Assembly: GCA_902521315.1 (NCBI GenBank)
Contig: CABYRH010000004.1
Coordinates: forward strand, 32,249 to 96,248
DNA: 64,000 nt
Reading direction: 5' to 3'
Source: an uncultured Alphaproteobacteria bacterium
Lineage (GTDB): Bacteria; Pseudomonadota; Alphaproteobacteria; HIMB59; GCA-002718135
Shown: positions 43,151 to 51,364 of the stretch, in pieces
How the letters are laid out: each line of letters opens with the position of its first letter
How positions within the stretch are numbered: position 1 is the stretch's first letter
Notes under the pieces: generated by a model
Database searches by the model: none
What the model was told of the DNA's origin: nothing
What the model saw: the letters and a program-made list of their open reading frames with translations, nothing else
Made by a program: the position numbers and the translations under genes

Positions 43151-43965
43151 AATTAGGGAAATATAATTTTAAACTAACTAGTCCAACGGTAATGGGAATA
43201 TGCAATGTTACTCCTGACTCTTTTAGTGATGGTGGAAAGAGCTTTAAAAGTTCAGATGCACTAAAAAATATCAAAGAAATGATAAAAAATGGAGCAAGTA
43301 TTATTGATATTGGAGCAGAAAGTACAAGACCGGGTTCAGATCCATTAACACACAAAGAAGAAGTTAAAAGATTAGATCCGATATTAAAAAAATTGCCAAA
43401 AAATAAATTTGTCATATCAGTTGATACCAATAAAATTGAAACTCAAGAATATGCATTGAATATGGGAGCACATATTATAAATGATGTCTTCGGTGGTTCA
43501 GAAGATTTATTCTTTTTAACTAAAAAATTTAAAACCGGTTTAATTTTAATGCACACACCTGCACCACCGAAAACTATGCAAAAGAAAATACACTCATATA
43601 ATAATGTTGTACAAGATATTAAAAAAATATTTCTTCAGAAAATTAAACAATTAGAAAAAATAAAAATTCCTTCATCCAAAGTTTGGTTTGATCCAGGTAT
43701 TGGTTTTGGTAAAAATTTAAAACAAAATATAGAAATCATGCAAAAAATTAATCAGTTTAAGTTTAAAGGATATGGATTATTATTAGGATCATCTAGAAAA
43801 AGCTGGATCAACTTCATAGATAAAAGTGAAACAAATCAAAGATTGGGAGGATCAATCGCTTCTGCATTATATTGTTATCAAAAGGGAGTTGATATATTTA
43901 GAGTTCACGACATAAAAGAAACGTCTCAATCATTAAAAATTTTTGAAAAACTATGTTCAAAGTAG
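43147..43965 (+). CDS. folP: Dihydropteroate synthase
   Basis: 'VMGICNVTPDSFSDGG', 'IIDIGAESTRPG' and 'DPGIGFGK'. Confidence 0.93.
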   Translation: MKLGKYNFKLTSPTVMGICNVTPDSFSDGGKSFKSSDALKNIKEMIKNGASIIDIGAESTRPGSDPLTHKEEVKRLDPILKKLPKNKFVISVDTNKIETQEYALNMGAHIINDVFGGSEDLFFLTKKFKTGLILMHTPAPPKTMQKKIHSYNNVVQDIKKIFLQKIKQLEKIKIPSSKVWFDPGIGFGKNLKQNIEIMQKINQFKFKGYGLLLGSSRKSWINFIDKSETNQRLGGSIASALYCYQKGVDIFRVHDIKETSQSLKIFEKLCSK

Positions 43966-44297
43966 AAATTAAAAACTTATCCATCAGTGCAAACATAGGT
44001 ATCACTGCTCAAGAGCGAAAGAATAAACAGTTATTAGAGGTAACATTAGAATTTAGCTATCCTGTTAAAAACTCACTAGATTTAAATAATATAAATAACG
44101 TGAAGGATTATTCATCTATTACAAAATATTTAAAAACTTTCATAAAGGAATCTCAATCACATACTCTTGAGCATTTAATAATAAAAACATCCAATGCTCT
44201 TGAAAAAAAATTTAAAATAAAAAAAGTTAAAATTACAATTAATAAAACAGCTGTAGCAAAAAAATATGGAGCTGAATCTCTAAGTGTATCAAACTGA
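43953..44297 (+). CDS. folB: Dihydroneopterin aldolase
   Basis: 114 aa. 'IKNLSISANIGITAQERKNKQLLEVTLEF' matches the FolB N-terminal pattern. Confidence 0.75.
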   Translation: MFKVEIKNLSISANIGITAQERKNKQLLEVTLEFSYPVKNSLDLNNINNVKDYSSITKYLKTFIKESQSHTLEHLIIKTSNALEKKFKIKKVKITINKTAVAKKYGAESLSVSN

Positions 44298-44784
44298 AAC
44301 AATAATCGCACTTGGCTCAAATCTAGGTAATGCTATATTTAATTTACGCTGTGCCGTTAGAGAATTAAAAAATATTGGTAATATAAAAAAATTTGCAAAT
44401 ATTTATATTTCTTCTCCTTATGGATACAAATCGCAAAGTAATTTTTTTAATACTGCAATAAAACTATTAACCAACCAGCAGCCATTAGAATTAATAAATA
44501 ATATTTATGAAATTGAAAAAAAATTAAAAAAGAATAAAAAAATTATCAATGGTCCAAGAAACATTGATTTGGATATTATTTTTTTTGGCAAACAAATATT
44601 TAATAAAAAAAACTTAATAATTCCTCACCCAAGAGCAGCTGAAAGAGACTTCGTGTTATATCCAATACTTGATATTGATCCATTTTTCAGACATCCGCTT
44701 GAAAAAAAATCAATAAACGTATTGTCAAAAGAATTGCAAAATAAATATATTATTAAACGATTATCCTACCGAAATTTGATTTAA
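44284..44784 (+). CDS. folK: 6-hydroxymethyl-7,8-dihydropterin pyrophosphokinase
   Basis: 'IIALGSNLGN', 'GPRNIDLDIIFF' and 'LIIPHPRAAERDFVLYPI'. Confidence 0.88.
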   Translation: MYQTETIIALGSNLGNAIFNLRCAVRELKNIGNIKKFANIYISSPYGYKSQSNFFNTAIKLLTNQQPLELINNIYEIEKKLKKNKKIINGPRNIDLDIIFFGKQIFNKKNLIIPHPRAAERDFVLYPILDIDPFFRHPLEKKSINVLSKELQNKYIIKRLSYRNLI

Positions 44785-45414
44785 AAAATCTTTGAGTTTT
44801 GATTTAGAAATTAAATTTCTTTGATTTTTTAGGCTTCTAGAAATATCTAATCCAAAAGGTGTTATTTGTTTTAGAATGTTGGAAACATTTTTTTTGTCTA
44901 TACCGCCACCAATATAAACTGGAATATTTTTACTTTTTATAAACTGTATTTGTTTAATACTTTTTCTCAATGAATACTTTTTAATACTCTTTTTCCTATA
45001 AACATTCATATCAAAATAAATAACATCAACAATTTTTCTAATTGATTCAATGTATTTTTTATCAAAATTTTCCGGATTAATTGCAATACCAATTTTTAAT
45101 CTTCTAAATATTTTTTTTATTTTTAATAAATCTTTTTTGGGAAAATGATATGAACATGAAATTGTCTTTGGTTTTGTAAAATCTATTTGCTCTATTAGCT
45201 TGTCTAAAGATACATACCGAGTCAGAAGTACTGATTCTATCTTATAATTTTTACACTCTTTAATTAATGATTGTATTTTTTTGTCACTAACTGTGTTTGG
45301 TCCATTCAAATTTTTACTTGCAAAACCCAATGATTTTATTTTATTTTTATGTGCTACTTCAACAGATTTTACATTTGTTATGCCACAAATTTTTAGAGGT
45401 ATATTTTTCATCAA
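44761..45414 (-). CDS. Divergent TrpF-family (phosphoribosylanthranilate isomerase-like) protein
   Basis: N-terminal 'LKICGIT' (catalytic Cys) and C-terminal 'PVYIGGGIDKKNV...FGLDISRSL'. The central region is non-canonical. Its 3' end overlaps folK by 24 nt. Confidence 0.65.
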   Translation of the reverse strand: MMKNIPLKICGITNVKSVEVAHKNKIKSLGFASKNLNGPNTVSDKKIQSLIKECKNYKIESVLLTRYVSLDKLIEQIDFTKPKTISCSYHFPKKDLLKIKKIFRRLKIGIAINPENFDKKYIESIRKIVDVIYFDMNVYRKKSIKKYSLRKSIKQIQFIKSKNIPVYIGGGIDKKNVSNILKQITPFGLDISRSLKNQRNLISKSKLKDFLNQISVG

Positions 45415-45462
45415 ATTTTATTTTAAAAATTATAAATATATGTAAACTATTTTTTTTTATAT

Positions 45463-46899
45463 ATGTCATTAAATTTTTATAGACGAGTAGCGTTTGGCCT
45501 GTCGCCAAATGAAAAACCAGATAAAGATCCTCTTAATTGGGCAATAAATCAATTAGATACCATACCCGATCTCTTGTGGCCTGGAACAATCCCAACAGAA
45601 AAAGATTTAAGAAAAAAATATGGCGAATGGGTGTACGGAGATAGAGAAGTTTTAAGAAAAAAATTTAAAAATGATAAACATGCGTATAGAAAAGCAAAAG
45701 ATGAATTAAGAATAAAAACTGGTGAAAGATATTTTGAATTAAATGAACATGCTATTCGTCATTTTCAGACAAAGTATTCCAAGCAACCTGTTTTCGAGCG
45801 TTTCTGGCTTTTTTGGGGAAATCATTTTGCAATAAGTGAAAAAGATTTCCTAGCAGAGTTTAGTACCGGACCCTATCAACGTGAAATTATTAGACCTAAC
45901 ATGGTTAAAACTTTTGAAGACATGGTTCAGTCAGTAACGACTTCATGGTGTATGATTCATCACCTTGATAATTCAGAATCTTTTGGTCCCAATTCTAAAA
46001 AAGGAATGGAGTGGGGAGAAACCATAAACGAAAATCATGCAAGAGAATTATTAGAGTTACATACAGTATCTCCAAATGCTGGATACACACAGGAAGATGT
46101 AATTCAGTTAGCCTATATCATGACAGGTTGGGCTCACAAATGGGATAGAAAAAACTTAGAAACCGGTGATATATGGTTTGATCAAGAAATGCATCAAAAA
46201 GGAGATAAAATTGTTTTAGGAGTTAAATATAAAAATGACGCAAAAAGAGAACTTGCTAAAGTAATTCATGATTTGGCAACACACCCAATCTGCATCAAAT
46301 TTGTTTCAACAAAATTATGTAGGCATTTTATTACAGATGAACCAACAGACGAAATGATAAACCCAGTATTAGAAGCATGGAACAAATCCGATGGAAACTT
46401 AATTGAAATTCACAAAGCAGTTATAACGCAAGCTTACAAATATAATGAGAATACACATAAATTTCATCCACCTGAAATATGGTTAATGCAATTATCTAGA
46501 ATGTTTGATTTAAATATTCCGCTTTCTTTTGAAAAAATGAATTATACTTTTAAGTCAAAGCCAAATAATAGGCAAAGACAATTATCATGGATACTTAGAG
46601 AAATAGGTCATTCGCCTTATCGTGCCAAACAACCTAATGGTTGGAGTGATTTGGAGGTAGATTGGGTATCACCAGAATTATTATTACGCCGCTTTTGGTT
46701 TGCTTCAGTTGAACTTCCAATGCTTGTTAAATCTGGAAACAGATCCCATGGTTTTATTTTATCTTGTCTTAAAAATAATTTTGAAGATCATGAAAATATG
46801 GCATCACTTATTGATAATTTAAAATTTGGCACATCAGATTATGATTTAGGTCAAAAGTATGGAGTCATTTGTAATTTGCCAGGAGTATTAAAAATATGA
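45463..46899 (+). CDS. DUF1800 family protein
   Basis: 'FWLFWGNHFAIS' and 'ELLELHTVSPNAGYTQEDVIQLAYIMTGW' are DUF1800 signatures. Confidence 0.7.
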   Translation: MSLNFYRRVAFGLSPNEKPDKDPLNWAINQLDTIPDLLWPGTIPTEKDLRKKYGEWVYGDREVLRKKFKNDKHAYRKAKDELRIKTGERYFELNEHAIRHFQTKYSKQPVFERFWLFWGNHFAISEKDFLAEFSTGPYQREIIRPNMVKTFEDMVQSVTTSWCMIHHLDNSESFGPNSKKGMEWGETINENHARELLELHTVSPNAGYTQEDVIQLAYIMTGWAHKWDRKNLETGDIWFDQEMHQKGDKIVLGVKYKNDAKRELAKVIHDLATHPICIKFVSTKLCRHFITDEPTDEMINPVLEAWNKSDGNLIEIHKAVITQAYKYNENTHKFHPPEIWLMQLSRMFDLNIPLSFEKMNYTFKSKPNNRQRQLSWILREIGHSPYRAKQPNGWSDLEVDWVSPELLLRRFWFASVELPMLVKSGNRSHGFILSCLKNNFEDHENMASLIDNLKFGTSDYDLGQKYGVICNLPGVLKI

Positions 46900-48047
46900 A
46901 CTGCACAAGAAGAAATTTTTTAATTGGAGGATCAACAACATTGTTTCTTTCTGGATATTTTCCAAAAATAAGTTTTGCTTCAATGCAGAAAAAAAATCTA
47001 ATTATTATATCACTTCGCGGAGGAATGGATGGTTTAACAGCTATTCCTGTTATTGGAGATAAACGTCTAAAAAAATTGAGAAAAAAACTCATTCTGGAAG
47101 ATGTTCTTAATCTAAACAGTGACTTTGGTCTTCACCCTAAATTAGAAATTTTCCATAAACTCTGGCAAAAAAATCAAGCGGCATTTGTTCATGCCACAAA
47201 CATTCCTTACACAGGCAGATCACATTTTGATGGGCAAAATTTAATGGAAACTGGAGCACACATTCCATACAAAGAAAAAACAGGATGGCTTGGTAGGGGA
47301 TTACTAGCTTCAAATATTATAGGAAAAGGTTTGGCAATATCTTTACCAATGCCACTTTTATTAAGAGGTGTGCCACAGAATAATAATTTCTTCCCATCAC
47401 CAGATTTTGTTGAAACAAAGTTAATAGATCAAATTTATAATGAATTTAAAGGTGAACATAACGAGCTAATAAAATCTACACTTGATACAATTAGACAAAG
47501 ACCATTGTCTATGCAAATAGCTACTGACTCTGATGATAGAAAAAAACTTGCTCTTGAAGCTGCTAAACAATTAAAAGATCAAAGTGGTCCTCGAGTTGCT
47601 GTATTTGATTTAGATGGTTTTGATACCCATGCTGCTCAAGGAGGTGTTGATGGAGCGCATGCTGATGAACTAGAAGAAGTAAATAAGATTGTTACTATTC
47701 TACATGAAAATCTTGGCCAAGCATTTGATAATACACTAATTCTTACTCTTACTGAATTTGGCCGAACTATAAAACAAAATGGAGGCTATGGAACTGAGCA
47801 CGGATATGGAAGTGCAATACTAATGGCTGGAGGCTTGTTAAAAAAATCTCAAGTTTATACAGATTGGCCTGGACTAAAAAAGAAAGAATTGTTTGAGGGA
47901 AGAGATCTAAATTCGACTATTGACTCCAGGGCTGTCTATAATTCTGCAATGTCAATTTGTTTTAACCAAGATCCAGAATTTTTACGTAAAGAAGTTTTTT
48001 GGGGAGATGAACTTCCTGATTTGTCTCAAGAATTGTTTAAGATTTAG
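46896..48047 (+). CDS. DUF1501 family protein (sulfatase/phosphatase-like fold, Tat signal)
   Basis: Twin-arginine 'TRRNFLIGG' and 'LTEFGRTIKQNGGYGTEHGYGS'. ATGA overlap with the DUF1800 gene. Confidence 0.75.
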   Translation: MNCTRRNFLIGGSTTLFLSGYFPKISFASMQKKNLIIISLRGGMDGLTAIPVIGDKRLKKLRKKLILEDVLNLNSDFGLHPKLEIFHKLWQKNQAAFVHATNIPYTGRSHFDGQNLMETGAHIPYKEKTGWLGRGLLASNIIGKGLAISLPMPLLLRGVPQNNNFFPSPDFVETKLIDQIYNEFKGEHNELIKSTLDTIRQRPLSMQIATDSDDRKKLALEAAKQLKDQSGPRVAVFDLDGFDTHAAQGGVDGAHADELEEVNKIVTILHENLGQAFDNTLILTLTEFGRTIKQNGGYGTEHGYGSAILMAGGLLKKSQVYTDWPGLKKKELFEGRDLNSTIDSRAVYNSAMSICFNQDPEFLRKEVFWGDELPDLSQELFKI

Positions 48048-48073
48048 AAATAAATAATTTTTTTAGTAATTTC

Positions 48074-48490
48074 ATGTTAAACAAGAATATGGTTTCAGAA
48101 AATTTTGATACTTTATTTAAGGCTGCAAAAAAAGTTAGAGAGCAAGCTCATGTGCCATATTCAAATTTTAAAGTAGGAGCAGCTTTTCTAACAGAAGATA
48201 GTAAAATTATTACTGGCTGTAATGTTGAAAATGCTGCCTATCCTCAATCCCAGTGTGCCGAAGCAACAGCAATTGGAAATATGATATCTAATGGAAACAA
48301 AAAAATTTTAGAAGTTGTGGTTATAGGTTCAGGTGAATTATTATGCTCACCCTGTGGTGGTTGTAGACAGAGGTTAAGAGAATTTGCTACTTTAGATACT
48401 AAGATTCATATGTGTAATGAAAATGGTCATATGAAAACATCTACGCTCGAAGAATTACTTCCAGATTCTTTTGGCCCAGAGAATCTTTAA
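48074..48490 (+). CDS. cdd: Cytidine deaminase
   Basis: Zinc motifs 'CAEATAIGNM' and 'SPCGGCRQ'. Confidence 0.9.
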   Translation: MLNKNMVSENFDTLFKAAKKVREQAHVPYSNFKVGAAFLTEDSKIITGCNVENAAYPQSQCAEATAIGNMISNGNKKILEVVVIGSGELLCSPCGGCRQRLREFATLDTKIHMCNENGHMKTSTLEELLPDSFGPENL

Positions 48491-49320
48491 TGTTACCTTC
48501 GGCCAAAAAATTTTTAGACATAACAAATAACACTTCACCCGATATTGCTGTAATTTTAGGAAGTGGACTAACTAATTTTTTTGAAGAAAAAGATATTCAA
48601 GAATCAATTTCATATGAACAGTTAGCTGATTTTCCACAGCCAACTGTAAAAGGTCACGCAGGTAAATTAGTTTTAGGAAAAATAAATACTTTAAATGTTG
48701 TTTGTATGTATGGAAGATCCCATATTTATGAAGGACACAATCCTCAAAACTTAGCTTCACCCATAAGAGTATTAAAGGACATTGGGTGCAAGTTATTAGT
48801 TGTTACAAATGCAGCAGGTAGTTTAGATGAAGCTATGCCAGCTGGTAGTCTAATGGCAATTAAAGATCATATTAACTGGAGTGGTTTCAATCCACTTATT
48901 GGACCCAATGCTGAAGAGTATGGCCCTCGTTTTCATGATATGAGTGATGGGTATCATAAGTTTTATAGAGATCAGTTAATGCAAGTCGCTAAAAAAATAG
49001 ATCAAAAAATTTATGAAGGTATTTATTGTATGTACTCAGGACCAAACTTTGAAACACCTGCTGAAATTAATGCCTTAAAAGTAATAGGTGGAAATGCTGT
49101 TGGAATGTCTACAGTACCAGAAGTTTTAGTTGCTAATCATTGCGGACTTCCTGTTATTGGTATCAGTGTAATCACCAACTTAGCTGCTGGTATGAATAAA
49201 ACAAAATTAAGTCATCAAGAAACTTTAGAGAATGCAAGTTTAGCAGAGAACAATGTTTTAAATTTAATTAAACAATTTATTCAAGAAGTTCAATTCGATG
49301 ATACCTCAAGAGATAATTAG
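48490..49320 (+). CDS. punA: Purine nucleoside phosphorylase (trimeric PunA/XapA type)
   Basis: 'ILGSGL', 'HAGKLVLG', 'GRSHIYEGH' and 'AVGMSTVPEV'. Confidence 0.88.
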   Translation: MLPSAKKFLDITNNTSPDIAVILGSGLTNFFEEKDIQESISYEQLADFPQPTVKGHAGKLVLGKINTLNVVCMYGRSHIYEGHNPQNLASPIRVLKDIGCKLLVVTNAAGSLDEAMPAGSLMAIKDHINWSGFNPLIGPNAEEYGPRFHDMSDGYHKFYRDQLMQVAKKIDQKIYEGIYCMYSGPNFETPAEINALKVIGGNAVGMSTVPEVLVANHCGLPVIGISVITNLAAGMNKTKLSHQETLENASLAENNVLNLIKQFIQEVQFDDTSRDN

Positions 49321-50608
49321 AAAAAAAAGAGATAACCAAGATCTTTCAAAAGAAGATATTAACTTTTTTGTAGACGGTTTAACAAATGGATCTTTTTCAG
49401 ATGCACAAATTGCAGCAATGAGCATGGCAATATTTGCAAATGGAATGACGCCTGAAGAAACTGTTTGTTTGACTGAGGCGATGACAAACTCTGGTGATAC
49501 ACTTAATTGGTCTGAGATTGTGGATCCTGAGCTGGTTTGTGATAAGCACTCAACTGGTGGTGTTGGAGACAAGACGAGCGTTATATTAGCACCAATACTT
49601 GCAGCTTGTGGACTGTATGTACCTATGATTTCAGGTAGGGGTTTGGGTCATACAGGCGGTACCCTAGATAAATTTGATTCAATACCTGGGTACAATACAA
49701 AGCCTGATTTAGAGACTTTTAAAAAAGTTGTAAAAGACGTTGGTTGTGCAATTATCGGTCAAACCTCTAACTTAGCACCAGCTGATAAAAAATTATATTC
49801 AATAAGGGATATTGTAGGTACAGTAGAATCTTTACCCTTAATAACATCATCTATTCTTTCAAAAAAAATTGCAAGCGGTCTTTCATCTTTGGTACTTGAT
49901 GTAAAAGTTGGTAATGGATCTTTTAATAGCACTATTGATGTAGCAAGAGATTTATCCAACTCCTTAGTAAGAGTCGCTAAAGGAGCAGGTTTATATTGCG
50001 AAGCTATATTAACAGATATGAATCAGGTCTTAGGTAAAAGTGCTGGTCATACACTAGAGATATTAGAATGCATAAAATATATTAAAAATGATTTTAAAGA
50101 TCACCGATTAGAAAAGATCACTAATGAATTAATATCTTCGCTATTAGTAAACATTTATAAAATTTCGAAAGAAGAGGCTTATAATAAAATTAATACGGTT
50201 ATTAATAATGGATTAGCTGCAGAAAAATTTGAAATGATGGTTGCGGCCTTGGGTGGACCAAAAAATATTTTATCATCTTATGAAAAAGATTTAATAAATA
50301 CTTCAGTTCGAAAAGATGTATTTTCTAGTGAACAAGGCTGGATAGAAAAAATTCATACCAGAGAATTAGGCCTTATACTTATTGAACTAGGAGGCGGAAG
50401 AAAACAAGTTACCGATAAAATAGATTACGGAGTTGGATATGATAATGTACTCAATATTGGTGATGAAGTGAATTCCTCAACTCCTTTATTAAGTTTATAC
50501 TCATATAAAAATATAGATGATAATTTAATAAATAAAATACAAAGTTGTTTCATCATTTCAGATAAAAAAACTCACAAACTATCTGAAATATTTGAAACCA
50601 TAAACTAA
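49298..50608 (+). CDS. deoA: Thymidine (pyrimidine-nucleoside) phosphorylase
   Basis: 'CDKHSTGGVGDKTS' and 'SGRGLGHTGGTLDK'. Confidence 0.92.
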   Translation: MIPQEIIRKKRDNQDLSKEDINFFVDGLTNGSFSDAQIAAMSMAIFANGMTPEETVCLTEAMTNSGDTLNWSEIVDPELVCDKHSTGGVGDKTSVILAPILAACGLYVPMISGRGLGHTGGTLDKFDSIPGYNTKPDLETFKKVVKDVGCAIIGQTSNLAPADKKLYSIRDIVGTVESLPLITSSILSKKIASGLSSLVLDVKVGNGSFNSTIDVARDLSNSLVRVAKGAGLYCEAILTDMNQVLGKSAGHTLEILECIKYIKNDFKDHRLEKITNELISSLLVNIYKISKEEAYNKINTVINNGLAAEKFEMMVAALGGPKNILSSYEKDLINTSVRKDVFSSEQGWIEKIHTRELGLILIELGGGRKQVTDKIDYGVGYDNVLNIGDEVNSSTPLLSLYSYKNIDDNLINKIQSCFIISDKKTHKLSEIFETIN

Positions 50609-51264
50609 TGAGTACCCAAACTGAAATTAATGAAGCACTTGTTCAATATTTAAAAACCGTTGGTTACAGAGAAGATAAAATAATTAGTGAACTAGAAAAT
50701 GAAACTTTAAAACTTGGCAGTGTTTCACAAATGCAGATTGCAAAAGAACAAGGTCAGTTTTTAGAAATGATAACTAAAATTTCTAATGCTAAAAATTGTT
50801 TAGAAATTGGAAGATTTACAGGGATGAGCACCTTATTTTTGGCTAGAGGTCTACCTGAATCAGGAAAAATTGTAACTGTTGATAATTCAGATGAATTTTT
50901 ACCCTTAGCAAAAAAATATTGGGAATTAGATAATATAAGTTCAAAAATTGAATCGATTATTGGAGATGGTGTTGAGGTAATGCAAAGCATGATAGATCGT
51001 CAACAAAGTTATGATTTAATTTTTATAGATGCTGACAAGAATAATTATCCAAATTATTACGAACTGTCGCTAAACCTACTAGTTTCTAATGGAATAATAA
51101 TTATTGATAATATGCTTTGGCACGGTGATGTTGCTGACGAAACTAAACAAGACTCTCAAACAAAAACTATCCGCGATTTAAATTTAAAAATACAAAATGA
51201 CACAAGAGTGGAATTCTCTCTTCTCCCATTATCTGATGGATTATCGTTTATAAGAAAAAAATAA
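50608..51264 (+). CDS. Class I SAM-dependent O-methyltransferase (family 3, caffeoyl-CoA OMT/YrrM-like)
   Basis: 'CLEIGRFTGMSTLFLA', 'IFIDADKNNYPNYY' and 'IIIDNMLWHGDV'. Confidence 0.8.
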   Translation: MSTQTEINEALVQYLKTVGYREDKIISELENETLKLGSVSQMQIAKEQGQFLEMITKISNAKNCLEIGRFTGMSTLFLARGLPESGKIVTVDNSDEFLPLAKKYWELDNISSKIESIIGDGVEVMQSMIDRQQSYDLIFIDADKNNYPNYYELSLNLLVSNGIIIIDNMLWHGDVADETKQDSQTKTIRDLNLKIQNDTRVEFSLLPLSDGLSFIRKK

Positions 51265-51270
51265 TAAAGA

Positions 51271-51298
51271 CTTGAATTAAATACAATCATCCCCACAT
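51271..51298 (+). promoter_or_regulatory. Sigma32 (RpoH)-type promoter of ibpA
   Basis: CTTGAAT (51271-51277), then a 13-nt spacer, then CCCCACAT (51291-51298). This is a near-perfect match to CTTGAAA-N13-15-CCCCATNT. Confidence 0.6.
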
Positions 51299-51304
51299 CA
51301 TTAT

Positions 51305-51364
51305 TGTCTGTATGCCATTGTGGGTGCGGACAAAATAAACTTGCTTAATAAAGGAGTTATTATG
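51305..51364 (+). promoter_or_regulatory. ROSE-like RNA thermometer in the ibpA 5' UTR
   Basis: Hairpin I is TGTCTG (51305-10) / CGGACA (51327-32). Hairpin II is AACUUGCU (51338-45) pairing with the SD AGGAGUU (51352-58), with G51343 bulged, which is the UUGCU/AGGA signature of ROSE elements. ATG at 51362. Confidence 0.6.

Noticed and set aside
43077-43430. 117-aa minus-strand ORF across the pabC/folP junction, plus the other short alternative-frame or antisense ORFs in the track (for example 1136-1360, 6443-6721, 9641-9931, 13907-14245, 14886-15269, 16689-16994, 18183-18470, 23137-23502, 51514-51816, 55104-55412)
   Set aside because: Each is nested in or antisense to a well-supported conserved gene. 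They are low-complexity and show no start context or recognisable domain.
51320-51361. GTG start at 51320 giving a 14-aa N-terminal extension of the small heat-shock protein
   Set aside because: ATG 51362 is preceded at proper spacing by AAGGAG, and the IbpA-like sequence begins there. The extension would be translated from the predicted thermometer hairpins.
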